From contig JBLDXI010000023.1 in assembly GCA_047495785.1 (NCBI GenBank), forward strand, positions 1,302,001 through 1,366,000: 64,000 bases of DNA. Reading direction: 5' to 3'. Below, piece after piece: positions 48,720-59,790 of the stretch. Every line of letters begins with the position of its first letter. Position 1 is the stretch's first letter. A program made the position numbers and the translations under genes. Under the pieces are notes generated by a model. It was not told where the DNA came from and did not search any database. It worked only from the letters and a program-made list of their open reading frames with translations. This DNA is from Lepidodermella squamata. Lineage: Eukaryota; Animalia; Gastrotricha.

Positions 48720-50496
48720 AACGCATTTAGTAACTTGTATTTAGTAGAATAATTAATATACAGAAAAATGATACAAATTATACCACAAAAATACACTTAG
48801 AGACAAGTCAGAAGTGCAGATTTCCCGCGCACGCAAGCAGTGGGCAATGCAGATGGATCGAAATTGACCTTTGCTCTCTCCTCTCTCTTAAATTCTCAAT
48901 TTCTTAATTCAAATTCATTTTTCCATAATTCACAAAAATATGAGAGAACAATATAACATAATAAATTCCCTTCTTTCGAACAATATATACAAACTGACAG
49001 AGATGGCACGCGGTTGCGAGACGACATGCGCTTGCCGGCGGCAGTTCGCTGAGGACGCTAGTGGGCAAGCTAAAGGACCTTCTTCTTCCTCCCCTTCTAT
49101 ACCCCGCTGTGTTTACATGTCTGTCTGCCTTCGATAAATAATCCACCACCCCGCCCACTTGTGTCAACAGCGCACTGCCGCCGGCAGGCGCATGTAATCT
49201 TGCGACCCCGCGTCATTGATATATATTTCACTTATTTCGTCTCCCTTATTCATGCGATATCAATGAACAATAAATATTTAAATTTAGAATTTAGTCGATT
49301 GCACAGATTGCCAGAAGGTAATGCGGATATTCCAGATTGCTGTGAAATCACCTCGAAGCGATTTCAGCTACAAATAAATTCAATGGGAGGGGTCAATTTA
49401 ATGAAAGAGGACAATGCAAGTTTATTTATGTAGCAGAGTTGAGGGTAAAGCCACGTTCAAAAACAAAATTGTCTGAAATCTGAAATTACCGCGTCGGAAA
49501 AAGAACGAATTTGCTGTGGACTTATGCGACGTTTACTGTTAATTCAACTAAATTGCCAAATCTTGGCGCTTGACTACACACGGCTCGATGTGTCGGCCGA
49601 GCATGGCGAAGAACCATGGGGACCAGCGTTATTGTTGAACACTCGTACTCGTGCCGCCGAACCACGCCCGCGTTCATCGCTAATCGCACTCGGGTATCTT
49701 GCCAATGCCCGATGAGCGTGCACAACAATAAACCGGCCTACCTATCGTTCTCTCCGCACTCGGATGGCACCTGCGCTTGCTCGGTTTCACTCATGCGGGA
49801 TTTGTGTAAATGCACTCGAGTTGAAACGACCCGAGCGCGGACGGGCAAACCACTGCTTTCCGGTTGGGCTTGGGAATGCCTGAGCGCTGACGGACACGTT
49901 TCGGGCTTGGTCGCTATATTTGATATTTGCTTTTCGAGCACGTTCGAATTTCATCCCTGCGGAATTTGAAATTGATCGTTGAGTTTCCAATTTAGAGTCG
50001 TCTTCAAACTGATAATTTTTGTGAACTTTGGCTGTAATCTTCAACCGAAGCTCTACAGAAGCGATAGATTTCATGCATTTAGCGGACCTTTTGAATTGAG
50101 CATGTTAAAGTTTTCCTATAGCTCTCAGCTTGGTTGTCAAGCATGCATTGCGAAACGCGAGACGTACACAGTATCGCGCTCCTAATATTGAAAGTTGAAT
50201 TTCGTATGAGTTAGCATTTAGCATTGAAAACCTGCACGCTTGAATACTGGGCTGAAACGGACTTGGCAGATTTTCCGATAGTAGCAATTAGCGCACGCGA
50301 ATTCACTAGACTTGCCCATTAAGAATTTATTCCTGAGTGCAATTTAGAATGCTGCTGTTTTGAAAAACGTGTTTCGATGCATTCGCGGTAGACTTTCGAA
50401 GTGCCTGCACCCTGGCTAGTCTGCATCGATTGCACCACATTTGCCAAATATTCATTACAAACCTTTAATAACAATATTTCAGACATAAAGCGGCTC

Positions 50497-53400
50497 ATGC
50501 TTGAAACGCCTAGATTCACGTTTGCGAATCTAATTTTGATTGTTGCAACATCAGGTTTCTTTGACTCATATTTGACGAAAAGTGATGCATTTTTCAGTGT
50601 TAGGAGTTCGATCTGGCTACGACCCGCTTCCAGACACAGCTTCAGTGCCATTTGAAAATGTTCTAGCAGGGCGACCACGCTACATACCCAGTTTGTCATT
50701 CGACCGCGAAAACCCCAATGTAAACGGCAATACGAGCCTCACGCTCGGCTACTCCGCTGAATTCGCGAATAACGGAATCCGGCTAATTTCTTCTCAAACT
50801 TACCCGGGAAAAACATTCGGCACTGCAAGTGCGAGTGTGAGTTATTCAAGGCAAAAAAACAATATTTTTTTTTAAAACCCGAACCTATAGTTGATAACTG
50901 ATGCCCAGGGAGTTGTGTCGCCCTTCCGGGTTGAAATTGAGCTATCTGTTAGCTACAACGCAGCTCAATCGGACGCTTGGTTTGGATTCGGATTCGGACG
51001 TCTTGCTGATTTTGTACCAGGTAAACTTCTCGAATTTGCATGCGAAATCGACATTTTAGTATTTTTATCCCAGTCAAATCAAGCCCTAGCGCTTTGTTTC
51101 TCGATTCCTTCAGCAGCTGTGGAGTTGGTAACATAATTTGGCATAAGCTCGAAGCTGGCGGTAAGATATACGCGAGCTATTCGGAGTATCGCAGAACGGC
51201 AGCGGTTAACACGACGTTTCGCCCGCCAATGAATGGCTCTACAGACTTTGCCGAGTCTCAGCCGAGCTGTGGTAACAATGCGATTCTCACGAGTTCAGGC
51301 AACATGACCTACCGAATTGTTCTACAAGTTCAAAAAGCGCTTGTAGATCACTCTGTAAGTTTATTTCTAAAAGTGATAAACGATAAACTGGTTTTCCAAT
51401 CATATTTCATTTAGCTGTCGATAGTTCCACTTACGGGAACTGCTTCCACTTGCATTCCGGTGGCTAACAACCTTGGTGGAGCGTATAGCTTAGACGGCCT
51501 TATGTTAGGTCACGCCTCTTTTAATATCGGCCCATTTTTCATCGGAATGGGAACCAGTGCCGATATTCTCGTCAAAAAATTGTTTAATATCACTTGTAAA
51601 TTTATTGAATTCACTTATTATCGATATTTTTAAGTTACTACTGGAATACTCGCGGCAACTACGTTCCAGAGCCTGATACTGCTACGTTGCCATTTCCGCC
51701 AGATCTATCCGGTACACCTACATTGAACCTTGTAAACAGCTTTGATAGCTACAGTCCGGGGACTTCTGTTAAGGAGACTAATCGGTGGAATCCCTCGAAT
51801 TGCATGAATCTGATTGGCTGTTCACTCCGCCCTCCGACAATTCAGTCGCTAGTTATAGCTGTGAGTTTCAAAGGAAGAAAGTCTTCAAGAAATGTATAGG
51901 AGAAGTATCTAGTCTGAAGGAACTTGTAGGAGAATATCTTGTTAGGAGAACGAAAATTATTCATCCCAATCGCATCAATGAGTGCAGTAAAACTTCAAAA
52001 ATTTTAAAATAATTCAAATTTAGAATTTTATTTTGAAAAAACACTTATTCTTATAAGAGAAAAAAGAATCGGATTGCAGCATTTAATCATTTAATCTAAG
52101 ATCTAGTTAACTTTTGAAATTTTCAATATGTATTTCAGCTCAGATTTTGTTGTAAAGATCTATAAATATTTGTTGACGTTTTATGCTTTCTTATTTAACG
52201 AAGTGGTCCACTAAGGTGATTTTGATGAAAGAAGGGCTTACCATTAAATGTTAACGCGAGAGAGCTAAAATGATCGTGCATGTAGGACTTCGCCGGAACG
52301 CATCAACCCTGGCCCTGGCGCATCGAATATGACATTGATGCAAGTTATCCAACGAATGGCTCTGAATTCTGGTTTATTATGAGCTACACCAAGCAATTTC
52401 AGAATGCTCAAATCGGTGAGATACTTCTTTATGAAACACCGCTTATCATTGTGTGACTGCAATTTTTCTACAGGACCGACTGGCGGAACTATGAAGACAT
52501 ATTCTGGCCTGACGATTTCGCAGCGACTCGCGAACGGCAGCGGGGAACTATACGCTGCATTCAACAGTGCTACGGTCAATACTTTGACCTCCGTGCCGTT
52601 CAATCCCAGCAACGCGACCCTTCCAGCATGTGGTCTATCAGTATCAGGATTGTTCAATTCAAGCGGCAATGCGAAGTATAGGCTAATTTTGCAGAGGCGC
52701 AATTACACTGCTTCGGTTTGTTTCCCACTACGCATATACAAATGCGCCCACTGCTTTCAAATGCATTTCAGATGGCTATTACGACATTGCCTGGATACGG
52801 ATCGACCCCATCTGCAATGTGCTTTGAAAATTTACCGTATCCTCAGGGCGATACAATGCTTGAAATCATCGCTCTGAAAGGAGCTGTCACGATCCGAAGA
52901 GCGTAAGATAATAAATTGAACCCTATCTTGCTTTATATACTCCTCTTTATCACAGGATTGTCTGGGTTTTGTCAAATATCAACGAATCAGCTATCGATAC
53001 GGTATCATCTACAACTCCTTTGAATATTGTATCCTCTCCTACAACAGAAGCTGTTCCAACAACAAAATCCGGGCTTAATGAATCCTATTACGATCCAATA
53101 ACTAACTTCCCAGTTCCGCAGCTACTCGACGGAAACTTTGACCCAACGGTTAGAATTGAGGATATACTTCCCTGTCGGAATATCAGCGTAGAGCAGCGTG
53201 CACCGAGCCCAGGAACTCAGGTCTTCCTTCAGCTAACCATGGAAAACATTGAATCAGTCGACCAAAACCAGCAAAGAGCCTACTTTTGGGGTTCTCTGCT
53301 AGTGCAATGGCTTGTTTCTTCATGCGACGCAAATTACACGGCCCCGAATGCCGAAGATAAGGAGCGGCTTCTTTCAACTCGGAGAACTGACATTTGGCGA

Positions 53401-54198
53401 CCTTCGATGATTTTCCCAAATAAAACGCCAGACTTCGACATAACTAATCCAGTGTGTGGGGAGAAAATTGATATTGCTTACTACCCAACTCGGCCAAAGA
53501 GAACGTTATACTTCCACTGGACGCGAGTAGGAACCTTCGCCACTAGTTGCAACCTCGAACTAACGACCTTCCCTTTCGACCATCAAACCTGCCAACTTAC
53601 GTTTGAAATCGAGGAAAATGTCAATTTCCTGTCGATAGGTGGCATGTACGTGGAAATAGCAGGTGAGCTAGACTATGGCAATTGGAATTTCGAGGGCTAT
53701 ACGATAGAACGCGGCACAACTTCGTCGTTTTTATACAATTCTTCTTACGCAAAACTCGAGCTGAAATTCAAACGCAACTCTGGCTACTACATGGTCAATT
53801 TTATGATTCCTTGCTACATTTTGCTGTGTCTCTCGCTTGGAACCCTGATGATGCAGCCTGACGTCCCTGATCGTCCTGCGATATGTTGCACAATCATGCT
53901 ATCGCTGATTGTCGCTCAATCTGATGTCTTGCAAAGCGTTCCTCAGACCGATCAGCAGATTTTGTTTGCGAACTATGTGCTCAGCCTTACTGCTACAGTT
54001 GCAGCGGTGGCTGTATATCAAACTGTCGCATGCGCGGTCATGGCTCGAGCTGAGGAAAGATATTCAGTGCCTGTCAAAATAATGAAATATGTTCCAACTT
54101 TGCCTCTGATTCGCGTCTACGATATTTCGGCTTTTTTGTTGGCTACTTTCATAGTATTGGCTATCAATTTGAAATTTATTATTTCTGCTGGGATCTAA
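50497..54198 (+). CDS. Cys-loop channel subunit with two extra N-terminal domains, copy 2 (10 exons, 948 aa)
   Basis: Exons 50497-50554, 50598-50836, 50891-51020, 51074-51354, 51415-51581, 51635-51860, 52286-52415, 52474-52715, 52772-52902 and 52956-54198 total 2847 nt, all GT-AG and in frame; Cys-loop CNLELTTFPFDHQTC. Confidence 0.9.
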
Positions 54199-54579
54199 TA
54201 TTATTTAACCACAGATCCAATTGAACTCGCAGTAAAAGTCTACTGCCTGTACAACTAATTTACCCTAAGCAAATGAGAAAAAAGGTCATTTACCTATAGG
54301 GGAGATTTTATTCTAGCATCGATTTTCGGGCTTTCGTCAACGAAGCGGAAACTCAACCAATTGAAGTACTTATACTTCAAAACGACTTCTCACTCGAACA
54401 AATCCGAAAATACCCCCTGATTCAGTCGAAAATGTTGAATAACCACAATGGTGCGACCGAAAAAGTCGGATCGGGAATTGGAATTTTTCAGTTCTCAAGT
54501 CAGCTTTGAAACTTATACCCCAAAGTGCATTTTTGCACAGCAATATTAGACTGTAAAGGTAAGCAATTTCGTCGACGAT

Positions 54580-54703
54580 TATGGCTAGCCATGGAGAAAT
54601 AAAATGTTGCCTAGATCTGGAACCCCGAGTGAGTTAGGCGCAGCCAAACGAATCGAGGGGTTCCAGAGAGGGGGGGAACTGGATTTCTCCATGTAAAGCC
54701 ATA
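54580..54703. repeat. Nested hairpin, probably part of a non-autonomous element
   Basis: TATGGCT..CATGGAGAAAT / ATTTCTCCATG..AGCCATA enclosing CTGGAACCCC / GGGGTTCCAG with an apical GGCGCAGCC. Confidence 0.55.
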
Positions 54704-54991
54704 GAGTAATCCTATTCCTACATGCGCACTATCTGGAGCCACGTTTAAGGGTGTTAAAGGATCATACTCCCAGTCCGCTAGGACGGGTCAGGAAAGCACA
54801 ACCACAGGTGGGTCATTACATTTTTCAAAGGTACCGATCGTTAGACCCCACTGTGAAGCCTTCGAGAATAGTTTATTTACTTTACGCACTGATCAGTTAT
54901 CACTTTCATCTTAATTTTCATCAAAGAGTGGAGTATGAGATTGCTTTCCGTGAGTTACGTCCGAAGATTTTTTCATCAAACTTGCTCATTT

Positions 54992-56200
54992 TTATTCTCC
55001 GAATCCGAAACTTAGCTCCCGGAATATTTTGAAAACCTCTCCTCCCTGAAGGCCCGGTTGGCACGCCATACGGGAAATTTCAGAAATCTGTTCAATTTTC
55101 AGATCGATCCGCTTGTAGTAGCGATAAGTTTGAAACCAATGCCGCACTCTTGCCGAGGAAAGGTCAATTTGTTCGGCAAGTTGCTTCATTTCGCCATCTG
55201 TCGGCCTATCATTTTTGTCGAAAAACGACTTCAGCGCTGAATACTGAGAGGCTGTTAGCAACTTTGAACCGCGGGGTGCAGGTTTTTTTCGCACAGTCTT
55301 AGTCTTTCTGCAAATAGTAACAGATCTGTGTAGCATCCAATGCCGAACTCGGCGAGGCGTTGTTCCAAGTCTGGCCGATATGTCGAGAACGCGGTTTGCG
55401 TGAAGCCTTGTTGGCTTGACCAGCTCTTCATTCAGAATCTTGAGCTGCCAGGGCTCGAACCCCCTTCGTTTCTCGGGCTCATCAATATTGCTTTCATTGA
55501 TTCGGCTAACCTGAAAAAATGCAATGTGTAATCAAATGAATCAATTCCGAGACGGCGTTACTTTGTCATATGCCTCGTAATTCTTGAGCTTGGTTCCAGT
55601 CAGAATTCGTTGTCTTTTGAACCATCCCACAACATAACTTCTGGGACAGCCAATTATTTCTGCCAGCTCAGTTTTTCGAATGGAATTCGGCGCGATGTTG
55701 TCTTTGAATTCCTATTGATAAAGCTGTTAATAATTGAACATTTTAATTGCAGTCCTCACATTCTCCAGCAGATTGCGATTTTCTTGCGTGAAAGTAAATC
55801 TCTTCTTTTTCGGGCGGTTGGGTGGTTTGGCCAAGTCACGTTGATAACACAGCCAGCGATCAATTCTAAAGATAGTCAAGCCAGTTTTCGCTGACATTCG
55901 TGCACGTTCTTCTTTACTTGGATAGGGATTCCCCCTAAACCACTCATGTAGAACGTCGAATTGAGCCGTTGACAGTAGGAACTGTTTCTTTGCCCTGATT
56001 TCAGACACGTTCGACGCTATCCTGTTATTGAACCATTTTCGAATCCGAGCCTCGGATTCGTTTACTTTCGTCGACAGTAGATACGCCAACTCTCTTAGTT
56101 CCTTGTTTCGATGCTTCGTATCACTGAATTGCCGCTTTTGCCACTCTTCCAAATGGTCGCATAATATTTCAAGCTGCCAAGGTTCGAAGCCACGAGGCAT
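54992..56200 (-). CDS. Five-homeodomain protein, copy 2
   Basis: Close paralog of 47496-48719 with the same intron positions; a 1-nt insertion alters only the last few residues. Confidence 0.85.
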
Positions 56201-57009
56201 AACGTATTTAATAACTAGAGAATCGAGGAGAATGAAGCAATCAATTGATAAAGATTAAAGAGTGCTACGGAACAAGAGGCTCGTGATAGCAAGATGGAGC
56301 CATCCTCATCAAATCGATGGTACAAGTCAAGAAACGGAAAAGACGAGGGCGAGGGTTTTATGTTTTTTGTTTATGTTTATCTTATGTCCCAAGTGCAAAT
56401 TTAGCGCGCACGCAAGATGTGCTCCACGTAGCTCGATCAAACTTCACATTGTGTTTCCGCGTTTCCAACCTTGAACGTAGCAGACCCAGTGACGCTACGT
56501 GAACGGTTTGTCCTGTTCGTTCTCTCCGTCCGCGAAGCCGTCGAGCAGGTCCGCCGCTCTGCTGGCCCTGGGCCCTGGTCCCGAGCAGGCTTCCTCAAGC
56601 TCCTTTTCACACCATCGGTGTTTAAATCTTCCAGCTTGCCCTTTCTTGCCGCTTCTCAGCTCTTGGTCTCTCGCATAACCAGTCATCCGGTTTCTTTCTT
56701 CTGTCCCTTTGGTAGACTTAAAGTAAAGACTTTGAAGTAACCTAAAGCATGCAATATATTTTGAGATGTTCATTCAATTTTAATACAGCCCAATGTGCGT
56801 TTCTTGTAGGTTTGCGTGGGTGTAAAATCAATTTGTCTTACATTCAAACGATCTGAACTGGTAAAATGCGTGTTTATTTTATAAATCGATCTAACATAAT
56901 TAATTCAGATCCTGGCAACGTCATCAATGAAAACGTCAGCTGCCAGGAAAGCAAAAAAACTAAATTCATCACAATTCGCATAATACTATCGTAGTGATAT
57001 GCCACAAGA

Positions 57010-58298
57010 TCACAGGGTCGAGGCAGCTACAACAGCAACCAAGGCTGAGAATGCAAGAGCCATTTGACTTGAGCTTATCATCACTGAAATAGAAAGCATT
57101 GTAAAGAATTACAAAAATTAAGAATAAATTGTGTTTACCAGCTGAGCTACACTTAGATTGACCAGAAACCGTGCCAGCGCCTGAGCCTGAGCCTCCTGAG
57201 CCCGAGCCACCTGATCCACCGGAGCCAGTCGTGCATCCCATGCTTGGGCAAGCCGGTACTGTCGTTGAAGTTTCTTTGAAAAACCGCAAAATAGGTTAAA
57301 GGGACAATTATTCCATGGATATTACTTTTGCAAACGCCCGTTGACGAGCCGGCATTTTCCGGGCAAATATAGCAGCCGTTAGTCGTAGCAGCACAAGTCG
57401 ACACTTTCGTCGCCACAGTAGTCCATGGCCACATGCTGCAAGTCGCAGTCGTGTTAGTCTGGTTGAAAGTGCTCGAAACAGCTGTGGAAGCAAACGCATT
57501 AAGTAAGGAAATGAAGCAGGCTCATTCCACGCTTACTTGAGCTGAAGCAATATGTGCCAGTTGTCATCTTCATAGAGGCATCGGCTTCGTTAACATCAAT
57601 ATCAGTGACTTGAACAGCAGTATAGCCACTCGCACAGGCACATTTTTGCGAGGTGCAGGCGAAACCGGTATTTTGGTTGGGGGCTAATCCCGAGCAGTCT
57701 GAATCCGTGGTGCAGGAATCTCCGATTTCCTCTGGGATAGCCGCAAAATTATAGACCAAATCTAAATTATTCAGGTCAAATCTTACTAGCAACACAGGCG
57801 CCGTTCACATTTTTGTAGCCTGAGGCGCAGGCGCAGGCTGAACTCGTGCAGGCCAGTTTTGTATCAATGCAGTCAGAGGTTTGAGAGCAAGTTTTGCCTA
57901 AATTATAGACGCAGCTCGATCCCGAGCGGTAGTAGCCATTATTACAGGCCGAAGCGCCGAAGTAGCAAGCAGCATTAGCGACGTGCACTTCGTAATCAGC
58001 ACCGGTGCAGATTTCACTGAGGGCAACGTCCATCTTATAAACGCAGCGGGTTCGGTTGAAGTTGTATTCCACTTGAAAGGAGTAAAATTAGCTTTAAATA
58101 ATTTCGAAGGGCGGTAGACTTACTTCCAGTTTTGCATAGGCAATACCCCATGGTACAGCCCATTGTGCTTAGCGAGATGCACATTTCATTGGTCAATGAG
58201 CAGTCCGCATCCTTATTGCAGGAAGCAGCGTATGTGGCCGAGGCATTTTCGATTGAGCAAGCCGCTACGGCAAAGATGATCGCGATTTTGGCAAACAT
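57010..58298 (-). CDS. Cys-rich probably GPI-anchored paralog D
   Basis: MFAKIAIIFAVAACSIENASA signal; closest to paralog C; GSGG linker; tail MALAFSALVAVVAASTL. Confidence 0.82.
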
Positions 58299-59790
58299 TT
58301 TCCTGTAAATCTACTGAAAAAAGAGAATAGGATGAATTTGCACCTGATCTCATGAGTTTTTATTGAGGATTGGCTGTTTTGGTTACAGAGGACGAAGTCA
58401 TAGTGTAGCTATGGCAGTTGAGTGAAAAAGCAGTCCCTAGTTCTCGAGAAACAACTAAATTTCGAACTAAACGTGTCGGATGAGAACTGAGTTACTAATA
58501 TTCTGCTTGGCGTTTCTCACAGCCCAGCATTTTATCGATATATCGTAGGTTTGCTGTGGCTACGCTTACTTCGGTGCGTTGACTTCAATTATTCATTGGC
58601 CTTCGCCTGATGGCGCTGCCTCTAAGCCTTTGTTTTTTTCCTGAATGATAATAAATTGTGTACACGTGGCGGCATGAAACCTTGCGCGAATCGTGAACAT
58701 TATGGCAGTTTACTTTTATCGCTTAGCAGCAAGATGCATCATTGATTCTTTTTAAAGATCATTTTTTCTAACCAGCTTCACCTGATCATCATGGGAAGAA
58801 TTAAATAACAACTTGAAATCAGGTTTCTGAAGTGAGTTATTTGAGTTCATTCGAAAGAGACTGCTGAGGTTTTACACGATACGGCAATTTTGCGGAACAC
58901 TGAGGTCTCCGAAAATTCTCGTCCTTAAACCAAACTGATATGGAATGAGAAAAGAAGATTAAATAATATGGGAAATGGGACATACAAGATGTTAGATTGA
59001 TGTAAGATCTTCATATTCGATAAATTATTGAACGAACGTTGGTCACGCTGTAAATTTCCACATATCCCTCGGATCTTTCAAAATTTTCGATGAGGAAATG
59101 GAAACCGTCATAACGTATGTGTTCCTATAACAACCCTGGCTACTGAAGTTTCTACCTAAAGATTGAAAAAAATCGTAAATTAATTGTTGTTGTTTGGTGA
59201 GTCGTTCATTTTTCATGTTTTCGAATTAACTTCTCAACCCTGGGCTACTATTAGTTGTGGAAAATTATTAGCAACGGCACTACTATAGGAACAAATAAGT
59301 TAAATCAAAATGATATTCGCACGTATGTGAATGAAAATGGTGTGCTCCGTTTCTCTACACGCTAGCCGCACTTTCATGTCTCACCACTCGCTTCAACTCG
59401 TATTTATCTTAAACACTTACTGTTTGTAATTTAAACGTCTTTTTATGTAGAATTCCTATCTTCGTTACCTTCCTTAGTTTTTTCTCAATTGCACTCCTCC
59501 CGCAATTTTCTGTTTTTATGTTCTTTCAGCTCTAGATAACTACCCTTGCCCTCGTCCTTTATCGATTTGATGAGCATGGCTCCATCTTGCAAAATCAATC
59601 GACTCGCATCGGTTAGTTCTTTCAACCAGGATAGGCGATGTGTAATGTTCGGTTTAGGTGATATTCGAAAGTTTTCAGGTTTCACTGATTTGCGTCCCCC
59701 CATCAAAATGCGAATTGTTTGTTAATGATCATCAGCAGTAATTTTCTGTTGCTTTTTATCTGTGGGCTATCTTAGTCTGAATTATTAATA

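Noticed and set aside
48904-50300. Cluster of short ORFs between 5-HD copy 1 and channel 2
   Set aside because: No recognisable domains, splice logic or paralog support; probably divergent promoter region plus repeat debris.
56471-56773. GC-rich insert upstream of 5-HD copy 2 with ~90-aa ORFs on both strands
   Set aside because: No identifiable motif; probably a decayed insertion.
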